A stretch of 64,000 nt of DNA from Escherichia coli. Its GTDB lineage: Bacteria; Pseudomonadota; Gammaproteobacteria; Enterobacterales; Enterobacteriaceae. The first letter of the stretch is position 1. Each line of letters begins with the position of its first letter. The stretch lies in the NCBI RefSeq assembly GCF_046105845.1, contig NZ_CP151004.1. One strand, 5' to 3'. The translations under genes and the position numbers were made by a program. Below, in pieces: positions 11,233 through 23,626 of the stretch. The notes below the pieces were generated by a model. The model searched no databases, was not told the DNA's origin, and worked only from the letters and a program-made list of their open reading frames with translations.

Positions 11233-11721
11233 ATGCTGGAAGATCTGCGCGCCAACAGCTGGAGTTTACGCCCGTGCTGCATGGTTCTTGCCTATCGCGT
11301 CGCTCATTTTTGTTCGGTGTGGCGCAAAAAGAACGTCCTCAACAATATTTGGGCGGCCCCGCTGCTGGTGCTGTATCGCATTATCACCGAAGGCTTTTTC
11401 GGTTATGAAATCCAGGCTGCCGCGACCATTGGCCGCCGCTTTACTATCCATCACGGTTACGCCGTAGTGATCAATAAAAACGTGGTAGCGGGGGATGATT
11501 TCACCATTCGCCACGGCGTCACTATCGGCAATCGTGGTGCCGATAACATGGCATGTCCACACATTGGCAACGGCGTCGAGCTCGGTGCCAACGTCATTAT
11601 TCTTGGTGATATCACGCTTGGTAACAACGTCACCGTGGGCGCGGGCAGCGTGGTGCTCGACTCTGTCCCGGACAACGCGCTGGTGGTGGGAGAAAAAGCG
11701 CGAGTGAAGGTAATTAAATGA
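11233..11721 (+). CDS. wcaB: Colanic acid acetyltransferase WcaB (hexapeptide repeat)
   Basis: 162 aa with left-handed beta-helix hexapeptide repeats; synteny. Confidence 0.9.
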   Translation: MLEDLRANSWSLRPCCMVLAYRVAHFCSVWRKKNVLNNIWAAPLLVLYRIITEGFFGYEIQAAATIGRRFTIHHGYAVVINKNVVAGDDFTIRHGVTIGNRGADNMACPHIGNGVELGANVIILGDITLGNNVTVGAGSVVLDSVPDNALVVGEKARVKVIK

Positions 11722-12935
11722 ATATTCTGCAATTTAATGTGCGATTGGCGGAAGGCGGGGCGGCAGGTGTGGCGTTAGATCTCCACCAGCGTGCGCTGCA
11801 ACAGGGGCTGGCGTCACATTTTGTCTACGGTTACGGCAAAGGCGGCAAAGAGAGCGTCAGCCATCAGAACTATCCGCAGGTCATCAAACATACGCCGCGG
11901 ATGACCGCGATGGCGAACATTGCCCTGTTTCGTCTGTTTAATCGCGATCTGTTTGGCAATTTCAATGAGTTATATCGCATCATTACTCGCACAGCGGGTC
12001 CGGTGGTCCTGCATTTTCATGTGCTGCACAGCTACTGGCTAAATCTTAAGAGCGTGGTGCGCTTTTGCGAAAAAGTGAAATACCATAAACCGGATGTCAC
12101 TCTGGTCTGGACGCTGCACGACCACTGGAGCGTTACCGGACGCTGCGCCTTTACCGACGGTTGTGAAGGCTGGAAAAAGGGCTGCCAGAAATGCCCGACC
12201 TTAAATAATTATCCGCCGGTGAAGATTGATCGCGCGCACCAACTGGTGGCGGGCAAACGCCAGTTATTCCGCGAGATGCTGGCACTGGGCTGTCAGTTTA
12301 TTTCCCCCAGCCAGCATGTGGCTGATGCTTTCAATAGTCTGTACGGTCCAGGGCGTTGCCGGATTATCAATAATGGCATTGATATGGCAACCGAAGCGAT
12401 TCTGGCGGATCTGCCTCCGGTGCGCGAAACTCAGGGCAAGCCGAAAATCGCGGTGGTAGCGCATGACCTGCGTTACGACGGCAAGACTAACCAGCAACTG
12501 GTGCGTGAGATGATGGCGCTGGGCGACAAAATCGAACTGCATACCTTTGGTAAGTTCTCGCCGTTCACCGCTGGCAACGTGGTTAATCACGGCTTTGAAA
12601 CTGACAAGCGCAAGTTGATGAGCGCGCTCAATCAGATGGATGCGCTGGTATTCAGTTCTCGCGTCGATAACTACCCGCTAATTTTGTGTGAGGCGCTATC
12701 GATTGGCGTGCCGGTGATTGCCACCCATAGCGACGCGGCGCGGGAAGTGCTGCAAAAATCCGGCGGTAAAACCGTCAGTGAAGAAGACGTGCTGCAACTG
12801 GTCCAGTTAAGCAAACCGGAAATCGCGCAGGCGGTATTTGGTACCACGCTGGCTGAGTTCAGCCAACGCAGCCGTGCCGCCTACAGTGGACAACAGATGC
12901 TGGAGGAGTATGTCAACTTCTATCAGAATCTGTAG
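11718..12935 (+). CDS. wcaC: Colanic acid GT4 glycosyltransferase WcaC
   Basis: 405 aa; synteny; 4-bp overlap with wcaB. Confidence 0.9.
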   Translation: MNILQFNVRLAEGGAAGVALDLHQRALQQGLASHFVYGYGKGGKESVSHQNYPQVIKHTPRMTAMANIALFRLFNRDLFGNFNELYRIITRTAGPVVLHFHVLHSYWLNLKSVVRFCEKVKYHKPDVTLVWTLHDHWSVTGRCAFTDGCEGWKKGCQKCPTLNNYPPVKIDRAHQLVAGKRQLFREMLALGCQFISPSQHVADAFNSLYGPGRCRIINNGIDMATEAILADLPPVRETQGKPKIAVVAHDLRYDGKTNQQLVREMMALGDKIELHTFGKFSPFTAGNVVNHGFETDKRKLMSALNQMDALVFSSRVDNYPLILCEALSIGVPVIATHSDAAREVLQKSGGKTVSEEDVLQLVQLSKPEIAQAVFGTTLAEFSQRSRAAYSGQQMLEEYVNFYQNL

Positions 12936-14127
12936 CTACCTGCTGCTGCCGCTGATCTACCTGCTGGTTAACGTCAAAATCGCCCAGCTTGGCGAAAGTT
13001 TTCCCATCACCATCGTCACTTTTTTACCTGTCTTGTTACTGCTTTTTTTAGAGCGCATCAGCGTTAAAAAATTGATGATTGCCTTAGGGATTGGTGCGGG
13101 ACTCACGGCGTTTAACTACCTGTTTGGTCAGTCGTTGGATGCCAGTAAATACGTCACTTCAACCATGCTGTTTGTCTATATTGTGATCATTATTGGCATG
13201 GTGTGGAGTATTCGCTTTAAAACGATTTCGCCCCACAACCACCGCAAGATATTACGCTTTTTTTATCTGGTGGTCGGGTTGGTGGTGGCGCTGGCGGCGG
13301 TGGAGATGGCGCAAATTATCCTCACCGGTGGCAGCAGTATTATGGAGTCGATTTCGAAATATCTGATTTACAGCAACAGCTATGTGCTGAATTTCATTAA
13401 ATTCGGCGGTAAGCGCACGACAGCACTTTATTTCGAACCGGCATTTTTCGCTCTGGCATTAATCTCAATTTGGCTCAGCATCAAACAGTTTGGTATCAAA
13501 ACGCCTAAAACCGATGCTATGATTCTCGCAGGGATAATATTATCCGGATCGTTTTCAGGGGTTATGACCTTTATCCTGTTTTATTTGCTGGAGTGGGCAT
13601 TTCAATATCTGAATAAAGAGGCGATTAAGAAAAAGTTACCGTTAGCATTGATTTCTCTGGCTGTATTCCTGGTTGGTGTGGTAATTGCATTTCCTTATAT
13701 TTCCACCCGTCTGGGCGATTTAGGTACGGAAGGATCGTCATCATATTATCGTATTGTCGGTCCGCTGGTGATGGTCGGTTATTCTTTGACCCATATTGAC
13801 GGTGTAGTCAGATTTGGCTCACTTTATGAATATGTCGCATCATTCGGAATATTTAACGGTGCGGATGTCGGAAAAACCATAGACAATGGTTTGTATCTGC
13901 TGATTATTTATTTTTCCTGGTTCGCGGTGTTTTTATCACTGTGGTACATAGGGAAAGTGATAAAAATGATGATCAACGCTTTTGGTGATAACCGCAATTT
14001 TCGCGTGCAATTATATCTTTTTACTCCGGTATCGCTGTTTTTTACCGGTTCGATATTTAGCCCGGAATATGCATTTTTAATCGTCTGTCCGTTTATTTTG
14101 CGAAAAGCGTTAAATATTACGAGGTAA
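12910..14127 (+). CDS. wcaD: Colanic acid polymerase WcaD (Wzy-like)
   Basis: Polytopic membrane protein from [19 protein letters not shown]; the track ORF has a 24-codon extension overlapping wcaC. Confidence 0.88.
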   Translation: MSTSIRICSYLLLPLIYLLVNVKIAQLGESFPITIVTFLPVLLLLFLERISVKKLMIALGIGAGLTAFNYLFGQSLDASKYVTSTMLFVYIVIIIGMVWSIRFKTISPHNHRKILRFFYLVVGLVVALAAVEMAQIILTGGSSIMESISKYLIYSNSYVLNFIKFGGKRTTALYFEPAFFALALISIWLSIKQFGIKTPKTDAMILAGIILSGSFSGVMTFILFYLLEWAFQYLNKEAIKKKLPLALISLAVFLVGVVIAFPYISTRLGDLGTEGSSSYYRIVGPLVMVGYSLTHIDGVVRFGSLYEYVASFGIFNGADVGKTIDNGLYLLIIYFSWFAVFLSLWYIGKVIKMMINAFGDNRNFRVQLYLFTPVSLFFTGSIFSPEYAFLIVCPFILRKALNITR

Positions 14128-14137
14128 GAATAAGAAC

Positions 14138-14884
14138 ATGTTGCTTAGCATAATCACTGTCGCGTTTCGTAACCTCGCAGGGATAGTCAAAACACACGCC
14201 TCGCTGGCGCATCTGGCGCAGGCGGACGATATCAGCTTCGAATGGATTGTTGTCGATGGCGGTTCCAATGACGGCACCCGTGAGTACCTGGAAAATCTCA
14301 AGGGTATCTATAACCTACGCTTTGTCAGCGAGCCAGATAACGGTATCTACGACGCCATGAACAAAGGCATTGCGATGGCACAAGGCAAGTTCGCGTTGTT
14401 TCTCAACTCAGGTGATATTTTTCATCAGGATGCCGCAAATTTTGTCCGTAAGTTAAAAGTACAAAAAGATAACGTGATGATCACTGGCGATGCGCTGCTG
14501 GATTTTGGCGACGGGCATAAAATTAAACGTAGCGCCAAACCGGGCTGGTATATTTATCACAGCCTGCCCGCCAGTCATCAGGCGATATTTTTCCCGGTAT
14601 CCGGCTTGAAAAAATGGCGTTATGACCTGGAATATAAAGTTTCTTCCGATTACGCGCTGGCAGCCAAAATGTATAAAGCCGGTTATGCATTTAAAAAACT
14701 CAATGGCCTGGTGTCTGAATTTTCTATGGGTGGAGTATCTACCACCAATAATATGGAATTGTGTGCTGACGCCAAAAAAGTCCAACGGCAGATATTACAT
14801 GTGCCTGGCTTCTGGGCAGAATTATCCTGGCATTTACGCCAGCGTACGACGGGTAAGACTAAAGCCTTATATAACAAAGTCTAA
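14138..14884 (+). CDS. wcaE: Colanic acid GT2 glycosyltransferase WcaE
   Basis: 248 aa GT2 ([10 protein letters not shown]); synteny. Confidence 0.9.
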   Translation: MLLSIITVAFRNLAGIVKTHASLAHLAQADDISFEWIVVDGGSNDGTREYLENLKGIYNLRFVSEPDNGIYDAMNKGIAMAQGKFALFLNSGDIFHQDAANFVRKLKVQKDNVMITGDALLDFGDGHKIKRSAKPGWYIYHSLPASHQAIFFPVSGLKKWRYDLEYKVSSDYALAAKMYKAGYAFKKLNGLVSEFSMGGVSTTNNMELCADAKKVQRQILHVPGFWAELSWHLRQRTTGKTKALYNKV

Positions 14885-14899
14885 ATATAAGGAATACCA

Positions 14900-15448
14900 A
14901 TGCAAGATTTAAGCGGTTTCTCGGTGCCGAAAGGGTTCCGGGGCGGCAACGCTATTAAAGTGCAATTGTGGTGGGCAGTACAGACAACATTATTTGCCTG
15001 GTCGCCACAAGTATTGTATCGCTGGCGGGCTTTTTTATTACGTTTATTCGGCGCAAAAATAGGAAAAAACGTAGTTATTCGTCCGTCAGTAAAAATTACC
15101 TATCCGTGGAAATTAACCTTAGGTGATTACGCGTGGGTCGGCGATGAGGTCAATTTATATACCCTCGGTGAAATAACCATTGGCGCACATTCGGTGATAT
15201 CGCAAAAAAGTTATTTATGCACCGGGAGCCACGACCATGCAAGTCAACATTTCACCATTAACGCCACGCCTATTGTGATTGGCGAGAAATGCTGGCTGGC
15301 GACAGATGTTTTTGTTGCCCCAGGCGTCACGATTGGCGACGGCACCGTCGTGGGTGCACGAAGCAGTGTTTTTAAATCGCTTCCGGCAAATGTGGTTTGC
15401 CGGGGGAATCCCGCAGTGGTGATACGCGAACGCGTTGAAACTGAATAA
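14900..15448 (+). CDS. wcaF: Colanic acid acetyltransferase WcaF (hexapeptide repeat)
   Basis: 182 aa with hexapeptide repeats; synteny. Confidence 0.9.
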   Translation: MQDLSGFSVPKGFRGGNAIKVQLWWAVQTTLFAWSPQVLYRWRAFLLRLFGAKIGKNVVIRPSVKITYPWKLTLGDYAWVGDEVNLYTLGEITIGAHSVISQKSYLCTGSHDHASQHFTINATPIVIGEKCWLATDVFVAPGVTIGDGTVVGARSSVFKSLPANVVCRGNPAVVIRERVETE

Positions 15449-15474
15449 ATTCAAAAAATATAGAGGAATAAGAC

Positions 15475-16596
15475 ATGTCAAAAGTCGCTCTCATCACCGG
15501 TGTAACCGGACAAGACGGTTCTTACCTGGCAGAGTTTCTGCTGGAAAAAGGTTACGAGGTGCATGGTATTAAGCGTCGCGCATCGTCATTCAACACCGAG
15601 CGCGTGGATCACATTTATCAGGATCCGCACACCTGCAACCCGAAATTCCATCTGCATTATGGCGACCTGAGTGATACCTCCAACCTGACGCGCATTTTGC
15701 GTGAAGTGCAGCCGGATGAAGTGTACAACCTGGGCGCAATGAGCCACGTTGCGGTTTCTTTTGAGTCACCGGAATATACCGCAGACGTCGATGCGATGGG
15801 TACGCTGCGCTTGCTCGAGGCGATCCGCTTCCTCGGTCTGGAAAAGAAAACCCGTTTTTATCAGGCTTCTACCTCTGAACTGTACGGTCTGGTGCAGGAA
15901 ATTCCGCAGAAAGAAACCACGCCGTTCTACCCGCGATCTCCGTATGCAGTCGCCAAACTGTACGCCTACTGGATCACCGTTAACTACCGCGAATCCTACG
16001 GCATGTATGCCTGTAACGGTATTCTCTTCAACCATGAATCCCCGCGCCGCGGCGAAACCTTCGTTACCCGCAAAATCACCCGCGCAATCGCCAACATCGC
16101 CCAGGGGCTGGAATCGTGCCTGTACCTCGGCAATATGGATTCCCTGCGTGACTGGGGCCATGCCAAAGACTACGTAAAAATGCAGTGGATGATGCTGCAA
16201 CAGGAACAACCGGAAGATTTCGTAATTGCTACCGGCGTTCAGTACTCCGTGCGTCAGTTCGTAGAAATGGCGGCGGCACAGTTGGGTATCAAACTGCGTT
16301 TTGAAGGCACGGGTGTTGAAGAGAAGGGCATTGTGGTTTCCGTCACCGGGCATGACGCGCCGGGCGTTAAACCGGGTGATGTGATTATCGCCGTTGATCC
16401 GCGTTACTTCCGTCCGGCTGAAGTTGAAACGCTGCTCGGTGACCCGACCAAAGCGCACGAAAAACTGGGCTGGAAACCGGAAATCACCCTCAGAGAGATG
16501 GTGTCTGAAATGGTGGCTAATGACCTCGAAGCGGCGAAAAAACACTCTCTGCTGAAATCTCACGGCTACGACGTGGCGATCGCGCTGGAGTCATAA
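15475..16596 (+). CDS. gmd: GDP-mannose 4,6-dehydratase
   Basis: 373 aa, [34 protein letters not shown] Rossmann fold, canonical Gmd. Confidence 0.96.
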
Positions 16597-16598
16597 GC

Positions 16599-17564
16599 AT
16601 GAGTAAACAACGCATTTTTATTGCTGGCCATCGCGGGATGGTCGGTTCCGCCATCAGGCGGCAGCTCGAACAGCGCGGTGATGTGGAACTGGTATTACGC
16701 ACCCGCGACGAGCTGAACCTGCTGGACAGCCGCGCTGTGCATGATTTCTTTGCCAGCGAAAGCATTGACCAGGTCTATCTGGCGGCGGCGAAAGTGGGCG
16801 GCATTGTTGCCAACAACACGTATCCGGCGGATTTCATCTACCAGAACATGATGATTGAGAGCAACATCATTCACGCCGCGCATCAGAACGACGTGAACAA
16901 ACTGCTGTTTCTCGGATCGTCCTGTATCTACCCGAAACTGGCAAAACAGCCGATGGCAGAAAGCGAGTTATTGCAGGGTACGCTGGAGCCGACCAACGAG
17001 CCTTACGCCATTGCCAAAATCGCCGGGATCAAACTGTGCGAATCTTACAACCGCCAGTATGGACGCGATTACCGCTCGGTCATGCCGACCAACCTGTACG
17101 GGCCACACGACAACTTCCATCCGAGTAATTCGCATGTGATCCCTGCATTGCTGTGTCGCTTCCACGAGGCGACGGCACAGAATGCGCCGGACGTGGTGGT
17201 GTGGGGCAGTGGTACACCGATGCGCGAATTTCTGCATGTCGATGATATGGCGGCGGCGAGCATTCATGTGATGGAGCTGGCGCATGAAGTCTGGCTGGAG
17301 AACACCCAGCCGATGCTGTCGCACATTAACGTCGGCACGGGCGTTGACTGCACTATCCGCGAGCTGGCGCAAACCATCGCCAAAGTGGTGGGTTACAAAG
17401 GTCGGGTGGTTTTTGATGCCAGCAAACCGGATGGCACGCCGCGCAAACTGCTGGATGTGACGCGCCTGCATCAGCTTGGCTGGTATCACGAAATCTCACT
17501 GGAAGCGGGGCTTGCCAGCACTTACCAGTGGTTCCTTGAGAATCAAGACCGCTTTCGGGGGTAA
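16599..17564 (+). CDS. fcl: GDP-L-fucose synthase
   Basis: 321 aa, [19 protein letters not shown]...; follows gmd. Confidence 0.96.
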   Translation: MSKQRIFIAGHRGMVGSAIRRQLEQRGDVELVLRTRDELNLLDSRAVHDFFASESIDQVYLAAAKVGGIVANNTYPADFIYQNMMIESNIIHAAHQNDVNKLLFLGSSCIYPKLAKQPMAESELLQGTLEPTNEPYAIAKIAGIKLCESYNRQYGRDYRSVMPTNLYGPHDNFHPSNSHVIPALLCRFHEATAQNAPDVVVWGSGTPMREFLHVDDMAAASIHVMELAHEVWLENTQPMLSHINVGTGVDCTIRELAQTIAKVVGYKGRVVFDASKPDGTPRKLLDVTRLHQLGWYHEISLEAGLASTYQWFLENQDRFRG

Positions 17565-17566
17565 TG

Positions 17567-18046
17567 ATGTTTTTACGTCAGGAAGACTTTGCCACGGTAG
17601 TGCGCTCCACTCCGCTTGTCTCTCTCGACTTTATTGTCGAGAACAGTCGCGGCGAGTTTCTGCTTGGCAAAAGAACCAACCGCCCGGCGCAGGGTTACTG
17701 GTTTGTGCCGGGAGGGCGCGTGCAAAAAGACGAAACGCTGGAAGCCGCATTTGAGCGGCTGACGATGGCGGAACTGGGGCTGCGTCTGCCGATAACAGCA
17801 GGCCAGTTTTACGGTGTCTGGCAGCACTTTTATGACGATAACTTCTCCGGCACGGATTTCACCACTCACTATGTGGTGCTCGGTTTTCGCTTCAGAGTCG
17901 CGGAAGAAGAGCTGTTACTGCCGGATGAGCAGCATGACGATTACCGCTGGCTGACGCCGGACGCGCTGCTCGCCAGTGACGATGTTCACGCTAACAGCCG
18001 CGCCTATTTTCTCGCTGAGAAGCGTGCCGGAGTACCCGGATTATGA
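17567..18046 (+). CDS. gmm: GDP-mannose mannosyl hydrolase (Nudix)
   Basis: 159 aa Nudix protein ([12 protein letters not shown]...), synteny with fcl and wcaI. Confidence 0.92.
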   Translation: MFLRQEDFATVVRSTPLVSLDFIVENSRGEFLLGKRTNRPAQGYWFVPGGRVQKDETLEAAFERLTMAELGLRLPITAGQFYGVWQHFYDDNFSGTDFTTHYVVLGFRFRVAEEELLLPDEQHDDYRWLTPDALLASDDVHANSRAYFLAEKRAGVPGL

Positions 18047-19266
18047 AAATACTGGTCTACGGCATTAACTACTCGCCGGAGTTAACCGGCATCGGCAAAT
18101 ACACCGGAGAGATGGTGGAATGGCTTGCGGCACAAGGTCATGAGGTGCGGGTCATTACCGCACCGCCTTACTACCCGCAGTGGCAGGTGGGCGAGAACTA
18201 TTCCGCCTGGCGGTACAAACGAGAAGAGGGGGCCGCCACGGTGTGGCGCTGCCCGCTGTACGTGCCAAAACAGCCAAGCACCCTGAAACGCCTGTTGCAT
18301 CTCGGCAGTTTTGCCGCCAGCAGTTTCTTTCCTCTGATGGCGCAACGTCGCTGGAAGCCGGATCGCATTATCGGCGTGGTGCCAACGCTGTTTTGCACGC
18401 CGGGAATGCGCCTGCTGGCGAAACTCTCTGGTGCGCGTACCGTGCTGCATATTCAGGATTACGAAGTGGACGCCATGCTGGGGCTGGGCCTTGCCGGAAA
18501 AGGCAAAGGCGGCAAAGTGGCACATCTGGCGACGGCGTTCGAACGTAGCGGACTGCATAACGTTGATAACGTCTCCACGATTTCGCGTTCGATGATGAAT
18601 AAAGCCATCGAAAAAGGCGTGGCGGCGGAAAATGTCATCTTCTTCCCCAACTGGTCGGAAATTGCCCGTTTTCAGCATGTCGCAGAGGCCGATGTTGATG
18701 CCCTTCGTAACCAGCTTGGCCTGCCGGATAACAAAAAAATCATTCTTTACTCCGGCAATATTGGTGAAAAGCAGGGGCTGGAAAACGTTATTGAAGCTGC
18801 CGATCGCCTGCGTGATGAACCGCTGATTTTTGCCATTGTCGGGCAGGGCGGCGGCAAAGCGCGGCTGGAAAAAATGGCGCAGCAGCGTGGACTGCACAAC
18901 ATGCAATTTTTTCCGCTGCAATCGTATGACGCTTTACCCGCACTGCTGAAGATGGGCGATTGCCATCTGGTAGTGCAAAAACGCGGCGCGGCAGATGCCG
19001 TATTGCCGTCGAAACTGACCAATATTCTGGCGGTAGGTGGTAACGCGGTGATTACCGCAGAGGCCCACACAGAACTGGGGCAGCTTTGCGAAACCTTTCC
19101 GGGCATTGCGGTTTGCGTAGAACCGGAATCGGTCGAGGCGCTGGTTGCGGGGATCCGTCAGGCGCTCCTGCTGCCCAAACACAACACGGTGGCACGTGAA
19201 TATGCCGAACGCACGCTCGATAAAGAGAACGTGTTACGTCAATTTATAAATGATATTCGGGGATAA
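18043..19266 (+). CDS. wcaI: Colanic acid GT4 glycosyltransferase WcaI
   Basis: 407 aa; synteny. Confidence 0.9.
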   Translation: MKILVYGINYSPELTGIGKYTGEMVEWLAAQGHEVRVITAPPYYPQWQVGENYSAWRYKREEGAATVWRCPLYVPKQPSTLKRLLHLGSFAASSFFPLMAQRRWKPDRIIGVVPTLFCTPGMRLLAKLSGARTVLHIQDYEVDAMLGLGLAGKGKGGKVAHLATAFERSGLHNVDNVSTISRSMMNKAIEKGVAAENVIFFPNWSEIARFQHVAEADVDALRNQLGLPDNKKIILYSGNIGEKQGLENVIEAADRLRDEPLIFAIVGQGGGKARLEKMAQQRGLHNMQFFPLQSYDALPALLKMGDCHLVVQKRGAADAVLPSKLTNILAVGGNAVITAEAHTELGQLCETFPGIAVCVEPESVEALVAGIRQALLLPKHNTVAREYAERTLDKENVLRQFINDIRG

Positions 19267-19268
19267 TT

Positions 19269-20705
19269 ATGGCGCAGTCGAAACTCTATCCAGTTGTGAT
19301 GGCAGGTGGCTCCGGTAGCCGCTTATGGCCGCTTTCCCGCGTACTTTACCCCAAGCAGTTTTTATGCCTGAAAGGCGATCTCACCATGCTGCAAACCACC
19401 ATCTGTCGCCTGAACGGTGTGGAGTGCGAAAGCCCGGTGGTGATTTGCAATGAGCAGCACCGCTTTATTGTCGCGGAACAGCTGCGTCAACTGAACAAAC
19501 TCACCGAGAACATTATTCTCGAACCGGCAGGGCGTAACACTGCACCTGCCATTGCGCTGGCGGCGCTGGCGGCAAAACGTCATAGCCCGGAGAACGACCC
19601 ATTAATGCTGGTGCTGGCGGCGGATCATGTGATTGCCGATGAAGACGCATTCCGTGCCGCCGTGCGTAATGCCATGCCGTATGCCGAAGCGGGCAAGCTG
19701 GTGACCTTCGGCATTGTGCCGGATCTACCTGAAACCGGATATGGCTATATTCGTCGCGGTGAAGTGTCGGCGGGTGAGCAGGATACGGTGGCCTTTGAAG
19801 TGGCGCAGTTTGTCGAAAAACCGAATCTGGAAACTGCGCAGGCCTATGTGGCAAGCGGCGAATATTACTGGAACAGCGGTATGTTCCTGTTCCGTGCCGG
19901 ACGCTATCTCGAAGAACTGAAAAAATATCGCCCGGATATTCTCGATGCCTGTGAAAAAGCGATGAGCGCCGTCGATCCGGATCTCGATTTTATTCGTGTG
20001 GATGAAGAGGCGTTTCTGGCCTGCCCGGAAGAGTCGGTGGATTACGCGGTCATGGAACGCACGGCAGATGCCGTTGTGGTGCCAATGGATGCGGGCTGGA
20101 GCGATGTCGGTTCCTGGTCTTCATTATGGGAGATCAGCGCCCACACCGCCGAGGGCAACGTTTGTCACGGCGATGTGATTAATCATAAAACTGAAAACAG
20201 CTATGTGTACGCCGAATCTGGCCTGGTCACCACCGTCGGGGTGAAAGATCTGGTGGTGGTGCAGACCAAAGATGCGGTGCTGATTGCAGACCGTAACGCG
20301 GTACAGGATGTGAAAAAAGTGGTCGAGCAGATCAAAGCCGACGGTCGCCATGAGCATCGGGTGCATCGCGAAGTGTATCGCCCGTGGGGCAAATATGACT
20401 CTATTGACGCGGGCGACCGCTATCAGGTGAAACGCATCACCGTGAAACCGGGCGAAGGCTTGTCGGTACAGATGCATCATCACCGCGCGGAACACTGGGT
20501 GGTTGTCGCAGGAACGGCAAAAGTCACCATTGATGGTGATATCAAACTGCTTGGTGAAAACGAGTCGATTTATATTCCGCTGGGGGCGACGCACTGCCTG
20601 GAAAACCCGGGGAAAATTCCGCTCGATTTAATTGAAGTGCGCTCCGGCTCTTATCTCGAAGAGGATGATGTGGTGCGCTTCGCGGATCGCTACGGACGGG
20701 TGTAG
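19269..20705 (+). CDS. manC: Mannose-1-phosphate guanylyltransferase
   Basis: 478 aa, nucleotidyltransferase N-terminus ([16 protein letters not shown]) plus C-terminal cupin domain. Confidence 0.95.
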   Translation: MAQSKLYPVVMAGGSGSRLWPLSRVLYPKQFLCLKGDLTMLQTTICRLNGVECESPVVICNEQHRFIVAEQLRQLNKLTENIILEPAGRNTAPAIALAALAAKRHSPENDPLMLVLAADHVIADEDAFRAAVRNAMPYAEAGKLVTFGIVPDLPETGYGYIRRGEVSAGEQDTVAFEVAQFVEKPNLETAQAYVASGEYYWNSGMFLFRAGRYLEELKKYRPDILDACEKAMSAVDPDLDFIRVDEEAFLACPEESVDYAVMERTADAVVVPMDAGWSDVGSWSSLWEISAHTAEGNVCHGDVINHKTENSYVYAESGLVTTVGVKDLVVVQTKDAVLIADRNAVQDVKKVVEQIKADGRHEHRVHREVYRPWGKYDSIDAGDRYQVKRITVKPGEGLSVQMHHHRAEHWVVVAGTAKVTIDGDIKLLGENESIYIPLGATHCLENPGKIPLDLIEVRSGSYLEEDDVVRFADRYGRV

Positions 20706-20806
20706 CAGTTGCATAATCAACCGGATTAATTCTTCGGTAAATAACGACAAAAACAAAATTGGCCGCTTCGGTCAGGGCCAACTATTGCCTGAAAAAGGGT
20801 AACGAT

Positions 20807-22177
20807 ATGAAAAAATTAACCTGCTTTAAAGCCTATGATATTCGCGGAAAACTAGGCGAAGAACTGAATGAGGATATTGCCTGGCGCATTGGTCGCGCTT
20901 ATGGCGAATTTCTCAAACCGAAAACCATTGTGTTAGGCGGTGATGTCCGCCTCACCAGCGAAACCTTAAAACTGGCGCTGGCGAAAGGTTTACAGGACGC
21001 GGGCGTCGATGTGCTGGATATTGGCATGTCCGGCACCGAAGAGATCTATTTCGCCACGTTCCATCTCGGCGTGGATGGCGGCATTGAAGTTACCGCCAGC
21101 CATAACCCGATGGATTACAACGGCATGAAACTGGTGCGCGAAGGGGCTCGCCCGATTAGCGGCGATACCGGACTGCGCGACGTCCAGCGTCTGGCAGAAG
21201 CCAATGACTTCCCTCCTGTCGATGAAACCAAACGCGGTCGCTATCAGCAAATCAATCTGCGTGACGCTTACGTTGATCACCTGTTCGGTTATATCAACGT
21301 CAAAAACCTCACGCCGCTCAAGCTGGTGATCAACTCCGGGAACGGCGCAGCAGGTCCGGTGGTGGACGCCATCGAAGCCCGCTTTAAAGCCCTCGGCGCA
21401 CCGGTGGAAATGATCAAAGTGCACAACACGCCGGACGGCAATTTCCCCAACGGTATTCCTAACCCGCTGCTGCCGGAATGCCGCGACGACACCCGTAATG
21501 CGGTCATCAAACACGGCGCGGATATGGGCATTGCCTTTGATGGCGATTTTGACCGCTGTTTCCTGTTTGACGAAAAAGGGCAGTTTATCGAGGGCTACTA
21601 CATTGTCGGCCTGCTGGCAGAAGCGTTCCTCGAAAAAAATCCCGGTGCGAAGATCATCCACGATCCGCGTCTCTCCTGGAACACCATCGATGTGGTGACT
21701 GCCGCAGGCGGCACCCCGGTAATGTCGAAAACCGGACACGCCTTTATTAAAGAACGTATGCGCAAGGAAGACGCCATCTACGGTGGCGAAATGAGCGCCC
21801 ACCACTATTTCCGTGATTTCGCTTACTGCGACAGCGGCATGATCCCATGGCTGCTGGTAGCCGAACTGGTGTGCCTGAAAGGAAAAACGCTGGGCGAACT
21901 GGTGCGCGACCGGATGGCAGCATTTCCGGCAAGCGGTGAGATCAACAGCAAACTGGCGCAACCCGTTGAGGCGATTAACCGCGTGGAACAGCATTTTAGC
22001 CGTGAGGCGCTGGCGGTGGATCGCACCGATGGCATCAGCATGACCTTTGCCGACTGGCGCTTTAATCTGCGCTCCTCCAACACCGAACCGGTGGTGCGGT
22101 TGAATGTGGAATCGCGCGGTGATGTACCGCTGATGGAAGCGCGAACGCGAACTCTGCTGACGTTGCTGAACGAGTAA
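20807..22177 (+). CDS. manB: Phosphomannomutase
   Basis: From [17 protein letters not shown]; phosphohexomutase active-site TASHNP; the track ORF is extended 16 codons. Confidence 0.95.
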   Translation: MKKLTCFKAYDIRGKLGEELNEDIAWRIGRAYGEFLKPKTIVLGGDVRLTSETLKLALAKGLQDAGVDVLDIGMSGTEEIYFATFHLGVDGGIEVTASHNPMDYNGMKLVREGARPISGDTGLRDVQRLAEANDFPPVDETKRGRYQQINLRDAYVDHLFGYINVKNLTPLKLVINSGNGAAGPVVDAIEARFKALGAPVEMIKVHNTPDGNFPNGIPNPLLPECRDDTRNAVIKHGADMGIAFDGDFDRCFLFDEKGQFIEGYYIVGLLAEAFLEKNPGAKIIHDPRLSWNTIDVVTAAGGTPVMSKTGHAFIKERMRKEDAIYGGEMSAHHYFRDFAYCDSGMIPWLLVAELVCLKGKTLGELVRDRMAAFPASGEINSKLAQPVEAINRVEQHFSREALAVDRTDGISMTFADWRFNLRSSNTEPVVRLNVESRGDVPLMEARTRTLLTLLNE

Positions 22178-22230
22178 TGTCGGATCTTCCCTTCCCCCAC
22201 TGCGGGTAGGGGCTAATAACAGGAACAACG

Positions 22231-23625
22231 ATGACAAATCTAAAAAAGCGCGAGCGAGCGAAAACCAATGCATCGTTAATCTCTATGGTGCAACGCTTTT
22301 CAGATATCACCATCATGTTTGCCGGACTATGGCTGGTTTGCGAAGTGAGCGGACTGTCATTCCTCTACATGCACCTGTTGGTGGCGCTGATTACGCTGGT
22401 GGTATTCCAGATGCTGGGTGGCATCACCGATTTTTATCGCTCATGGCGCGGTGTTCGGGCAGCGACAGAATTTGCTCTGTTGCTACAAAACTGGACCTTA
22501 AGCGTGATTTTCAGCGCCGGACTGGTGGCGTTCAACAATGATTTCGACACGCAACTGAAAATCTGGCTGGCGTGGTATGGGCTGACCAGCATCGGACTGG
22601 TGGTTTGCCGTTCATGTATTCGCATTGGGGCGGGCTGGCTGCGTAATCATGGCTATAACAAGCGTATGGTCGCCGTAGCGGGGGATTTAGCCGCCGGACA
22701 AATGCTGATGGAGAGCTTCCGTAATCAGCCGTGGTTAGGGTTTGAAGTGGTGGGCGTATACCACGACCCAAAACTGGGCGGCGTTTCTAACGACTGGGCG
22801 GGCAATCTGCAACAGCTGGTCGAGGATGCGAAAGCGGGCAAGATTCATAACGTCTATATCGCGATGCAAATGTGCGACGGCGCACGAGTGAAAAAACTGG
22901 TCCATCAACTGGCGGATACCACCTGTTCGGTGCTGCTGATCCCCGATGTCTTTACCTTCAACATTCTCCATTCACGTCTCGAAGAGATGAACGGTGTTCC
23001 GGTGGTGCCGCTTTACGACACGCCGCTTTCCGGGGTTAACCGCCTGCTCAAACGTGCGGAAGATATTGTGCTGGCGACGCTTATTCTGCTGCTGATCTCC
23101 CCGGTGCTGTGCTGTATTGCTCTGGCGGTAAAACTCAGTTCACCAGGGCCGGTTATTTTTCGCCAGACTCGCTACGGCATGGATGGCAAACCGATCAAAG
23201 TGTGGAAGTTCCGTTCGATGAAAGTGATGGAGAACGACAAAGTGGTGACTCAGGCGACGCAGAACGATCCGCGCGTCACCAAAGTGGGGAACTTTCTGCG
23301 CCGCACCTCGCTGGATGAACTGCCGCAGTTTATCAATGTGCTTACCGGGGGGATGTCGATTGTGGGTCCACGTCCACACGCGGTGGCGCATAACGAACAG
23401 TATCGCCAGCTCATTGAAGGCTACATGCTGCGCCATAAGGTGAAACCGGGCATTACCGGCTGGGCGCAGATTAATGGCTGGCGCGGCGAAACCGACACGC
23501 TGGAGAAAATGGAAAAACGCGTCGAGTTCGACCTTGAGTACATCCGCGAATGGAGCGTCTGGTTCGATATCAAAATCGTTTTCCTGACGGTATTCAAAGG
23601 CTTCGTTAACAAAGCGGCATATTGA
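22231..23625 (+). CDS. wcaJ: UDP-glucose:undecaprenyl-phosphate glucose-1-phosphate transferase WcaJ
   Basis: 464 aa, N-terminal TM segments and C-terminal sugar-transferase domain (PGITGWAQ). Confidence 0.93.
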   Translation: MTNLKKRERAKTNASLISMVQRFSDITIMFAGLWLVCEVSGLSFLYMHLLVALITLVVFQMLGGITDFYRSWRGVRAATEFALLLQNWTLSVIFSAGLVAFNNDFDTQLKIWLAWYGLTSIGLVVCRSCIRIGAGWLRNHGYNKRMVAVAGDLAAGQMLMESFRNQPWLGFEVVGVYHDPKLGGVSNDWAGNLQQLVEDAKAGKIHNVYIAMQMCDGARVKKLVHQLADTTCSVLLIPDVFTFNILHSRLEEMNGVPVVPLYDTPLSGVNRLLKRAEDIVLATLILLLISPVLCCIALAVKLSSPGPVIFRQTRYGMDGKPIKVWKFRSMKVMENDKVVTQATQNDPRVTKVGNFLRRTSLDELPQFINVLTGGMSIVGPRPHAVAHNEQYRQLIEGYMLRHKVKPGITGWAQINGWRGETDTLEKMEKRVEFDLEYIREWSVWFDIKIVFLTVFKGFVNKAAY

Positions 23626-23626
23626 T

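Noticed and set aside
15766-16563. Long antisense ORFs inside GC-rich genes, e.g. 15766-16563 (in gmd), 18082-18921 (wcaI), 20990-22273 (manB), 23140-23823 (wcaJ), 42431-43606 (gnd), 57461-58102 (plaP), 5370-5993 (yegH)
   Set aside because: Each is fully contained in and opposite to a well-supported conserved gene; their translations are low-complexity, Arg/His/Gln-rich with no recognisable domains, as expected for shadow ORFs.
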